Assembly (NCBI GenBank): GCA_905233625.1
Contig: CAJOFJ010000004.1
Location: 76,427-140,426 of the forward strand
Direction: 5' to 3'
DNA: 64,000 nt
DNA from: an uncultured Bacteroidales bacterium
GTDB lineage: Bacteria > Bacteroidota > Bacteroidia > Bacteroidales > WCHB1-69
The position numbers and the translations under genes were made by a program. Below the pieces are notes generated by a model. That model made no database searches. It saw only the letters and a list, made by a program, of their open reading frames with translations, and was not told the DNA's origin. Numbering within the stretch: position 1 is the first letter of the stretch; each line of letters begins with the position of its first letter. This document shows, piece after piece, positions 57,122 through 64,000 of this stretch.

Positions 57122-57174
57122 AAATTAAGAATTAAGAGTTAAGAACTAAGAATTCAAAATTCAAAATTCATAAC
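57122..57174. repeat. Tandem heptad array (AATTAAG x4 then AATTCAA x3), no inverted partner
   Basis: Read directly. It ends 1 nt from the rlmN start codon. Confidence 0.75.
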
Positions 57175-57239
57175 TTTCTATCATCTAACTGCACCTATGC
57201 CTTACAATCTTCCCTCTATAAAATTGAGGTTACTTTTTG

Positions 57240-58064
57240 TTAATAGATAAACGGGAACACTCTCTTCAGTTTTCTGCCTTTCATCTCATCGGCAAATTCT
57301 TCCTGGTAACGCTTGTAAATGGTACGCGTTCTGGGCACCAGATTGGCGAAAGTCCAGATGAAGAACACCAAACCCGACACCGACCAAGTGAGGATGGCAA
57401 AGCCCAGCCATTCCATCAATTCTCCGAAATAATTGGCGGAAGTCACGTAGTTGAACAAGCCACCTTTCGGCAGATAATGCTTGGTATCGTTGTCGTCTTT
57501 CCGTAGATGTCGGATGATGTAATCGGAATGCAGGTTGATGACAAATCCGGCAATAAAGATGATCGTACCGATAATAAACTGTGGAGACCACAGCCATTCG
57601 ATATCCGTGTATCCTATTCCAAACACCTGATAATTAACATTGTATGATTCGAAGAAAATCCAATACCCTTGCATTACGGCATTCAGGATATTGAAGCAAA
57701 TGCCCATAATCATAATACCGATAGGCATTTTGCTTTTACCTTTGATAATCCACGGAAAAATCAGTGCCCTTTGGAAATAATGCGTTTCAAAAATGAGCAG
57801 AAACACACAAGGCACAATGTCAAAACGGTGAGGAGAACATGCCCAGATGATAATCATCACCAGAAAAACGGGCAGTTCCATAAAGAACCACGCCACTTTG
57901 TTATTGATGGCAGGACCCAATTTCAGCGTGTTGCTGCCTTTTTGGGTATATAGCAAGCCATATCCGGCATTAAAAAACTGCAATGCGATGAAAACCACCA
58001 CCGCAAGGCACACCATCACCCACAAATAAATGTGGAAGGCATTGGTTAAAAAAGTGGTATCCAT
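57240..58064 (-). CDS. 3-oxo-5-alpha-steroid 4-dehydrogenase (steroid 5-alpha-reductase, SRD5A) family membrane protein
   Basis: HSDYIIRHLRKDDNDTKHYLPKGGLFNYVTSANYFGELMEWLGFAI aligns almost residue-for-residue with the remembered human SRD5A1 C-terminal block [45 protein letters not shown]. Confidence 0.8.
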   Translation of the reverse strand: MDTTFLTNAFHIYLWVMVCLAVVVFIALQFFNAGYGLLYTQKGSNTLKLGPAINNKVAWFFMELPVFLVMIIIWACSPHRFDIVPCVFLLIFETHYFQRALIFPWIIKGKSKMPIGIMIMGICFNILNAVMQGYWIFFESYNVNYQVFGIGYTDIEWLWSPQFIIGTIIFIAGFVINLHSDYIIRHLRKDDNDTKHYLPKGGLFNYVTSANYFGELMEWLGFAILTWSVSGLVFFIWTFANLVPRTRTIYKRYQEEFADEMKGRKLKRVFPFIY

Positions 58065-59887
58065 TATTCAAATTGTATTTGCAGTGGCATCAGAGCCTGT
58101 ACTCCTTCTGCTCTTTTCAATTGTTTTAATCCTTGATAAATGTAATACTGGTCACCCAACTCATGCTTGATGACAGCCTGTATATTGTTGTCCTCGCTTG
58201 ATTTCTCCATCAGCTTGGTCCAGAAATCTTTCTTTTTCGGGAAATAGCTCAGCTTGTAGTTATCCAAATTAGCCAGTTCAGCGGCTTTAGCCACAGCATC
58301 GTCAATATTGCCGAGGGCATCCACCAGACCGATTTTCAGCGCGTCGGCACCAGCCCATACACGACCCTGGCCAATTTCGTCAACAGCGGACTGCTCCATG
58401 CCACGGCCATCGGCTACACGCTGGGTGAATACTCCGTAGAAGTCATCTATAAATTCTTGGTAAACAGCTATTTCCTCTGCATTCAATGGACGAATGACAC
58501 CTGCAGCGTCAGAATGTTTATTGGTGGTCACCGCATCAACGGTCACGCCCAATTTGTTTTTCAGAGCCCTTTGGAAAGAGGGGATTAAGCCGAACACACC
58601 GATAGAACCGGTCAAGGTGTTGGGTTGTGCAATGATATAATCGGAATTGCATGAAATATAATAACCACCGGAAGCCGCATAGTCACCCATGGAGGTCACC
58701 ACAATTTTGCCTGCTTTCTTGGCCTGTTCAATTTCATGCCAGATGATGTCGGAAGCGGTACCGTCGCCACCAGGAGAATTGACACGCAGCACAATAGCCT
58801 TCACATTTTCAGAGGAATACGCTTCTTTGATCAGTTTCACCATGGATTCGGAGCCCATGGAATCATCACCAGATTGTCCACCGGTAATTTGTCCCACCGC
58901 ATAAATCACAGCAATCTCGTCCTTGGCAGTATTTATTTCGGCTTTGATGGACTTTCTGTATTCAGATAAGGTAGCCAAATGCAAATCCTTGTCTTCCGTA
59001 ACACCCACCAGTTGTTTCAAATCCTGGGCCACATCGCTCTTGTAGCAGGTTTTGTCAACTAACTTGTTTTCAACAGCTTTGACAGCAGAACCGATAAACA
59101 AGCCATCTGCCAGTGTATTCAATTGTTCTTTGTCAATATTTCTTGATTCAGAGATATCTTCCAACATCGTGTTCCACAAAGTATTGGCTAACAGGGTCAT
59201 CTGCTCGCGGTTGGCTTCGCTCATTTTATCTGTCAAATACGGCTCCACCGCACTTTTGAACTTACCATGACGAATGACCTGCATATCAACATCCAATTTA
59301 TCCAAAAGACCCTTGTAAAACATCACCTGCATGGCCATTCCCTTGAAAGAAATCACGCCAGTACTGCTCATAGTAATCTGGTCGGCTACAGACGACAGAT
59401 AGTATGCTCCTTGAGTATAACTATCGGCGTATGCATAAATGAATTTGCCGGATTCTTTGAATTCCACCAATGCGTCATGAACTTCCTTCAATGTGGCAGG
59501 GGAAGCATTCACAGAACCTGTATTAATGTATATACCTTTGATTTTGGGATCTTTGGCCGCCGATTTGAGACAAGTCAAAATATCATCCAGGCCTATGGTG
59601 GACTGGTAATATTGGCTAAACTCATCGCCGAACATCTCGAATGGATTGTCCTCTGCCTGTTCTTGAATAGGCTTTTGCAAATCCAGTTTAAGGATGGAAT
59701 TATCCTTGACTGTCACAGTACTAGTACTGCCTACAGAGGCAATCATCGCCGCAAAAAAGAACATGGACAAAATGGAAACAATAAGGCAGGAAAAGAAAAA
59801 TCCTACCATAGTACCGAACACGATACGCCAGAATTTTCTTGCTCCAGTTTCTTTTTTCTTAGGTTTGAAATAAGCTTCTTGGTTCAT
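58064..59887 (-). CDS. sppA: Signal peptide peptidase SppA, 67K type
   Basis: Two tandem S49 domains, an N-terminal TM anchor, and a GDYAASGGYY nucleophile region. Confidence 0.9.
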   Translation of the reverse strand: MNQEAYFKPKKKETGARKFWRIVFGTMVGFFFSCLIVSILSMFFFAAMIASVGSTSTVTVKDNSILKLDLQKPIQEQAEDNPFEMFGDEFSQYYQSTIGLDDILTCLKSAAKDPKIKGIYINTGSVNASPATLKEVHDALVEFKESGKFIYAYADSYTQGAYYLSSVADQITMSSTGVISFKGMAMQVMFYKGLLDKLDVDMQVIRHGKFKSAVEPYLTDKMSEANREQMTLLANTLWNTMLEDISESRNIDKEQLNTLADGLFIGSAVKAVENKLVDKTCYKSDVAQDLKQLVGVTEDKDLHLATLSEYRKSIKAEINTAKDEIAVIYAVGQITGGQSGDDSMGSESMVKLIKEAYSSENVKAIVLRVNSPGGDGTASDIIWHEIEQAKKAGKIVVTSMGDYAASGGYYISCNSDYIIAQPNTLTGSIGVFGLIPSFQRALKNKLGVTVDAVTTNKHSDAAGVIRPLNAEEIAVYQEFIDDFYGVFTQRVADGRGMEQSAVDEIGQGRVWAGADALKIGLVDALGNIDDAVAKAAELANLDNYKLSYFPKKKDFWTKLMEKSSEDNNIQAVIKHELGDQYYIYQGLKQLKRAEGVQALMPLQIQFE

Positions 59888-60113
59888 GATGATATATTTT
59901 TTGATTAAATTTCTGAAATCAATATGTTTAAAAATGCAATATTACGAAAATTTTTCCATATTGTATCATCTTTTACAGAAATTATGTGGATTAACTCTGT
60001 CGAGACGTTTTATGAAAGGTCTTTATCATGATAAATCACCTCTTTCTATAGTAGCTCAAAGCATTGCGTCTCTATAGAAAAAACATTTATCTCTTCGATA
60101 AAGGATTTTTTTT

Positions 60114-60121
60114 TACCTTTG
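60114..60121 (+). promoter_or_regulatory. -7 promoter box (TACCTTTG)
   Basis: TAnnTTTG match 24 nt upstream of ATG 60146. Confidence 0.5.
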
Positions 60122-60145
60122 CAAAATCATTTCAATAGATTACAA

Positions 60146-60565
60146 ATGAAGAAACTGATTTATATTCTCATAACTGTCCTATTATGTGTTTCATGCAATG
60201 GACGATATGAGCATGAAACCATCCCTAATGTGGATTTGCGTTTCACCATTTATCCGAATAGCACCAACTATCTCAATTTGAATTATTACGGTGGCTATGA
60301 ATACTTTACAGGCGGGGTAGCGGGTGTTATCGTGTACCGGCTTGACGAGTCCACTTTTTTCGCTTACGACCGTGCCTGTCCATACGATTGGCAGGATCCA
60401 GACTCATGGTTATGGGTGGATGACAGCGGCCTTTTGATTGTGGACAGCTGCTGCGGAGCAAAATTCAGCATTTTAGATGGCACCCCGATAGCAGGGCCCA
60501 CCTCTCTTTCACTGAAGCATTATAAATGTAGATATGATGGGGTCGCGTTAACAGTTTACAACTGA
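60146..60565 (+). CDS. Small lipoprotein with Rieske-like fold lacking the His ligands
   Basis: MKKLIYILITVLLCVSC is a lipobox. DRACPYDW ... DSCCGAKFSILDGTPIAGP parallels the Rieske blocks CPH.G ... CPCHGS.F....G....GP, with His replaced. Confidence 0.55.
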   Translation: MKKLIYILITVLLCVSCNGRYEHETIPNVDLRFTIYPNSTNYLNLNYYGGYEYFTGGVAGVIVYRLDESTFFAYDRACPYDWQDPDSWLWVDDSGLLIVDSCCGAKFSILDGTPIAGPTSLSLKHYKCRYDGVALTVYN

Positions 60566-61368
60566 GGCATCATTTCGTATACAATTTTTATCAGTCGCGG
60601 ACCTGCTGCATTGGCCTCTTTCAATACTTCCTCGTGAGAAGCTTTTTCCACTACGCCTACTACCCCTAAATCGGTGATGACCGAAAAAGCCACCACTTCC
60701 ATGCCTCCATGTCTTGCCACGATAGTTTCTGGCACTGTGGACATGCCCACGGCGTCACCGCCAATGATGTGGAACATGCGGTATTCCGACGGAGTTTCGA
60801 AGCATGGACCTGTAACCCCCACATACACGCCTTCTTGCAAATGGATGTCATGTTCTTTGGCTGTGGTCCGGGCGATTTTGCGAAGACGTTTGGAATAAGC
60901 CTCGCTCATGTCCAGGAAGCGGGGACCCAGCTCATCGTAATTCGGTCCCATCAGGGGATTGTTGCCAAACAGATTGATATGATCTCTGAACAGCATAATA
61001 TCGCCTACCTTGAAAGCAGGGTTCATACCGCCTGCCGCATTGGACAATATCAGCACCTCAATACCCAGTTCCTTATATACGCGCACCGGAAAAGTCAGTG
61101 TTTTCATGTCATAACCTTCATAATAATGAAAGCGGCCACTTTGCACCACTACTTCCACATTGTTCAGCGTTCCGAAGATAAGGGATCCCTTGTGCCCTTT
61201 CACCGTGGAAACAGGAAAATTGGGAATCTGTGCGTATGGAATTTCTTTCTCTATTTTCAAACTTTCTACCAGTCCCCCGAGACCAGAGCCCAATACGATG
61301 GCGACACGGGGATGCAAGGTGGTTTGTCCTTTCAAAAAAGCAGCGGTTTCCTTTATTTTAGCGATCAT
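60556..61368 (-). CDS. Purine nucleoside phosphorylase (trimeric PNP-I type)
   Basis: 270 aa from ATG 61368. Motifs include GSGLG, STVKGHKG, GRFHYYEG, NAAGG, and VGMSTVPE. Confidence 0.88.
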   Translation of the reverse strand: MIAKIKETAAFLKGQTTLHPRVAIVLGSGLGGLVESLKIEKEIPYAQIPNFPVSTVKGHKGSLIFGTLNNVEVVVQSGRFHYYEGYDMKTLTFPVRVYKELGIEVLILSNAAGGMNPAFKVGDIMLFRDHINLFGNNPLMGPNYDELGPRFLDMSEAYSKRLRKIARTTAKEHDIHLQEGVYVGVTGPCFETPSEYRMFHIIGGDAVGMSTVPETIVARHGGMEVVAFSVITDLGVVGVVEKASHEEVLKEANAAGPRLIKIVYEMMPQL

Positions 61369-61389
61369 AATTTTCTGAATTTGGAAATG

Positions 61390-61397
61390 CAAAATTA
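61390..61397 (-). promoter_or_regulatory. -7 promoter box (TAATTTTG on minus strand) for PNP
   Basis: TAnnTTTG match 22 nt upstream of ATG 61368. This supports the shorter start. Confidence 0.5.
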
Positions 61398-61545
61398 CAT
61401 AAAATCCTTGAAATAAATTTAAGTAGTTGAATTTTTGTCCTTCAATGTTCCGTATATAGTGCCCTGATGATGCGTGCGAGGGCAATGCCGACGGTTGGGG
61501 GGAGCGGGCTTGTGCGGTTGCACTTCCGTCGGCTTGATCTTTTGG

Positions 61546-62583
61546 TTACTTTTCCATCATAGGGAAAAGTGACGGAAAATCTTTTTCTTGAAACAGAAAA
61601 TATGGTTCTATAGGCTGGGAAAATAGGGGAATTGTGTCAAATTGATTGATAAAACTACTGTGTATCAACCGCATACTGTCTTTTTCAGTGGTAACCAGTA
61701 TTCGGTTCTGATTTTTTTCTGAAAAAAATGTTTTTTGGATTTCCGCTATCTCTTCGACTGAAAAATAATGATGGTCTGCAAAACGGTAATGATGAATAAT
61801 CTTGAACTTTTCAGACAGATACTTAACCATTGGCTCAGGATGGGCAATAGCGGTGAGCAATACCACTTCGGTTTGTGGGGTCAGCTGATGCTGTTTCCCG
61901 CATTCATTCAAAGCGACCAGTTCTCCGTAATGCATGGTGGTGAAAAACAGCTGCTGATAAAACTGAGCCATCTCAGAGCATTGTGCTTCGGTCATGTCCG
62001 CTGGGCATTTGCTCACTATCACGATATCAGCATAGCGGGCGGCAGAGCGAAACTCCCGCAAACGGCCTGCCGGCAGAGGATAATCTTTTGCGTATGGATT
62101 TTGGTATTCTGTAATCAGAATACTCAGATTTGGTTTTACTTGCAAATGCTGGTAACAGTCATCCAGAATAATGCATTGCAAGTCGGGAAAACGTTGCAGC
62201 AGCTGCTGAATACCGTCTTTTCTCTTTTCGTCCACCGCCACCTTGATGTGCGGAAATTTAGTGTAAAACTGCAGGGGTTCATCGCCGATCATTTCCGCCG
62301 AAAGTTGCTGAGGGTCAATGTCGTTGGCCAGCACAAAGCCTTTTGTTTTGCGCTTGTATCCGCGACTCAAGGTGGCGATTTTGTAATGCTCTGACAATAA
62401 ACGAACCAGACACTCCACATGCGGGCTTTTCCCCGTGCCACCTACCGACAGGTTACCCACACCGATGGTCAGAATGGGAGCTCGGTAAGCTTTCCTCAAT
62501 CCACAACGGTACAGCCAGCGGCGCACAGCGGCCACTGTTCCGTAAATCAACGCGAAAGGGTATAAAATCTTCTGAGGACGCAC
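61546..62583 (-). CDS. lpxK: Tetraacyldisaccharide 4'-kinase
   Basis: P-loop GNLSVGGTGKSP, 345 aa, GTG start. Confidence 0.9.
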   Translation of the reverse strand: MRPQKILYPFALIYGTVAAVRRWLYRCGLRKAYRAPILTIGVGNLSVGGTGKSPHVECLVRLLSEHYKIATLSRGYKRKTKGFVLANDIDPQQLSAEMIGDEPLQFYTKFPHIKVAVDEKRKDGIQQLLQRFPDLQCIILDDCYQHLQVKPNLSILITEYQNPYAKDYPLPAGRLREFRSAARYADIVIVSKCPADMTEAQCSEMAQFYQQLFFTTMHYGELVALNECGKQHQLTPQTEVVLLTAIAHPEPMVKYLSEKFKIIHHYRFADHHYFSVEEIAEIQKTFFSEKNQNRILVTTEKDSMRLIHSSFINQFDTIPLFSQPIEPYFLFQEKDFPSLFPMMEK

Positions 62584-62707
62584 TTTTTTGTTGAACTGTT
62601 GATTTGTTATTTGTTTCGTTTATACGTTAAGGCGTTAAGACATGCACTTCGTGCATTCGTCAAGACGACAATCATCTCCACGCCTCCACGTCTCCACGTC
62701 TTAACGA
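62584..62707. repeat. Modular intergenic repeat element, copy B (with 3 tandem CGTGGAG-type octamers)
   Basis: It shares the CGTTAAGACGTG.AGAC start, the CTTAACG..TAAAC...AAATCAAC end, and the GAATGCACGAAGTGCATGTCTT core with 47074-47220. Confidence 0.75.
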
Positions 62708-63700
62708 CTACTCTCTACTTTCTTGTCTCTCCTGTCTCTCCTGCTGTTTCGCCTCCTCCCATTGCTCAAAGCGCTGGATGATTTTGGTTACCAGCTGGTG
62801 GCGTACCACATCGCCGTTGTCCATGTAGATAAAATCAATGCCTTTAATGTCTTTCAGTACTTTGCCGATATGAATCAGACCTGATTTTTGGTGTTTCGGA
62901 AGGTCAATCTGCGTAATATCGCCGGTGATGAAGAACTTGGCGTTGCGGCCCATACGGGTCAGGAACATTTTTATTTGACTCTCGGTGGCGTTTTGGGCTT
63001 CGTCCAGAATCACATAAGCGTTGTCGAGTGTACGTCCACGCATAAACGCCAGCGGAGCGATTTCAATGGTTTTGTCGTCCAGATAGGAAATCAGCTTTTG
63101 CATCGGCATCATGTCCCACAGGGCGTCGTACAAGGGCTGAAGGTATGGGTCGAGCTTATCGCGCAAATCACCAGGCAAAAAGCCGAGATTCTCCCCGGCC
63201 TCTACCGCGGGGCGGGTCAGGATAACCCTGCGCACTTGCTTATTTTTGAGAGCTCGCACTGCCAAAGCTACCGCTGTGTAAGTCTTGCCTGTACCGGCTG
63301 GACCGATGGCGAACACCATATCATTGGTAGCGGCGCTGGCCACCATCTTCCGCTGATTGGGGGTAATGGCCTTGATAATTCGTCCTTCTCTACCGTGCAG
63401 AATAATATTATCAACGATGCCGCTGCTGTCCATGCGATAAAAACTATCGTCTTCCGAAGCGGTGATATTCAAAATGTCATTCTCGTTGATTTTGCCAAAC
63501 TGCTCATAATGCTTCAGCAACAGCTCAAAACGGGAGAGAAACAATTCCACTTCACTATCCTCTCCCATTACCTTCACCTCATTGCCCCGAGCGATGATTT
63601 TCACCTTGGGATAAATGTTGCGAAGCAGGTCGATATTGGCGTTATTATGCCCATAGATGCCCATCACATTGGCAGGGTCAAGCGTAATATTTCTTTCCAT
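62708..63700 (-). CDS. phoH: PhoH-family ATPase
   Basis: Walker A GPAGTGKTY, DEAQN, and typical PhoH-like length. It has a charged EEAKQQERQERQESRE tail. Confidence 0.9.
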   Translation of the reverse strand: MERNITLDPANVMGIYGHNNANIDLLRNIYPKVKIIARGNEVKVMGEDSEVELFLSRFELLLKHYEQFGKINENDILNITASEDDSFYRMDSSGIVDNIILHGREGRIIKAITPNQRKMVASAATNDMVFAIGPAGTGKTYTAVALAVRALKNKQVRRVILTRPAVEAGENLGFLPGDLRDKLDPYLQPLYDALWDMMPMQKLISYLDDKTIEIAPLAFMRGRTLDNAYVILDEAQNATESQIKMFLTRMGRNAKFFITGDITQIDLPKHQKSGLIHIGKVLKDIKGIDFIYMDNGDVVRHQLVTKIIQRFEQWEEAKQQERQERQESRE

Positions 63701-63711
63701 TGATGTGGAGT

Positions 63712-64000
63712 TTATTTGATGACGATATAATCTAAAGGATTGACAGGAAAGCCGTTATACCACAACTCAAAGTGCAGATGCGCCGACTGTATACGATTCT
63801 GTCCGCTGCTGCCCATTTTGGCAATTGGCTCTCCCATATTCACTCTGGCACCTACCGATTTCAGCAGTACTTCATTGTGTTTATATATTGAAATGATATT
63901 GCCTGGATGCTGTATAACTATGGTATTTCCGTTCAAAGGATCAAAGCCGGTGTAGATGACAATACCTTCGGCCACGCTAGTGATAAGAGTATTTTTCTTG
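63712..64000 (-). CDS. M23-family peptidase, C-terminal part (5' end outside window)
   Basis: The frame is open to the window edge. The zinc-ligand block is SAHLHFELWYNGFPVNP, with an upstream I.H.G...S.Y.H pattern. Confidence 0.8.
   Translation of the reverse strand, partial: KKNTLITSVAEGIVIYTGFDPLNGNTIVIQHPGNIISIYKHNEVLLKSVGARVNMGEPIAKMGSSGQNRIQSAHLHFELWYNGFPVNPLDYIVIK

Noticed and set aside
61487-61540. GC-rich inverted repeat GCCGACGG...CCGTCGGC after lpxK as a riboswitch or terminator
   Set aside because: The loop is long (about 28 nt), no U-tract follows on the gene strand, and there is a single occurrence. The evidence is insufficient for any call beyond a possible weak hairpin.
62888-63703. 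271-aa plus-strand ORF inside phoH, and similar long antisense ORFs at 60709-61416, 10999-11703, 7054-7722, 12867-13535 and 20277-20897
   Set aside because: Each lies opposite a confidently assigned gene, lacks motifs, and has the skewed composition of antisense frames.

Overview
This is a 64-kb chromosomal segment of a Bacteroidota genome, probably Bacteroidales. The assignment rests on TAnnTTTG -7 promoter boxes upstream of many genes, T9SS C-terminal sorting domains, the absence of Shine-Dalgarno sites, and overall gene content. Most of the window is housekeeping: dxs, greA, folE, lpd, murG, guaA, pckA, metG, rlmN, sppA, lpxK, a phoH-like gene, an LptF/G permease, a NatAB-like ABC pair, and four tRNAs (Ala-CGC, Lys-TTT, Thr-CGT, Leu-TAG). 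Three accessory or unusual blocks stand out. (1) Bases 3.3-6.5 kb hold a toxin-antitoxin islet: an AbiEii toxin with an XRE-type partner and operator palindrome, a Cys-rich secreted orphan, and hicAB in which hicA has ATA at the expected start. (2) Bases 19.9-30.1 kb hold a tightly packed outer-membrane trio: an oversized TonB-dependent-like barrel, a 1681-aa T9SS-sorted giant protein, and a PorV/PorQ-like barrel. I cannot assign it a function and consider it the best candidate for an undescribed system. (3) Bases 51.5-53.9 kb hold a decayed island next to tRNA-Leu that carries a three-gene toxin / XRE antitoxin / SecB-like chaperone (TAC-type) module. Other points of interest are an AmgK-like kinase fused to a RapZ C-terminal domain next to LD-carboxypeptidase, a close homologue of eukaryotic steroid 5-alpha-reductase, and two families of structured intergenic repeats: heptad TAA-containing arrays forming 36-40 bp hairpins, and a modular CGTTAAG-ended spacer element. 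All calls come from reading the sequence and from remembered family motifs. No database search was run.
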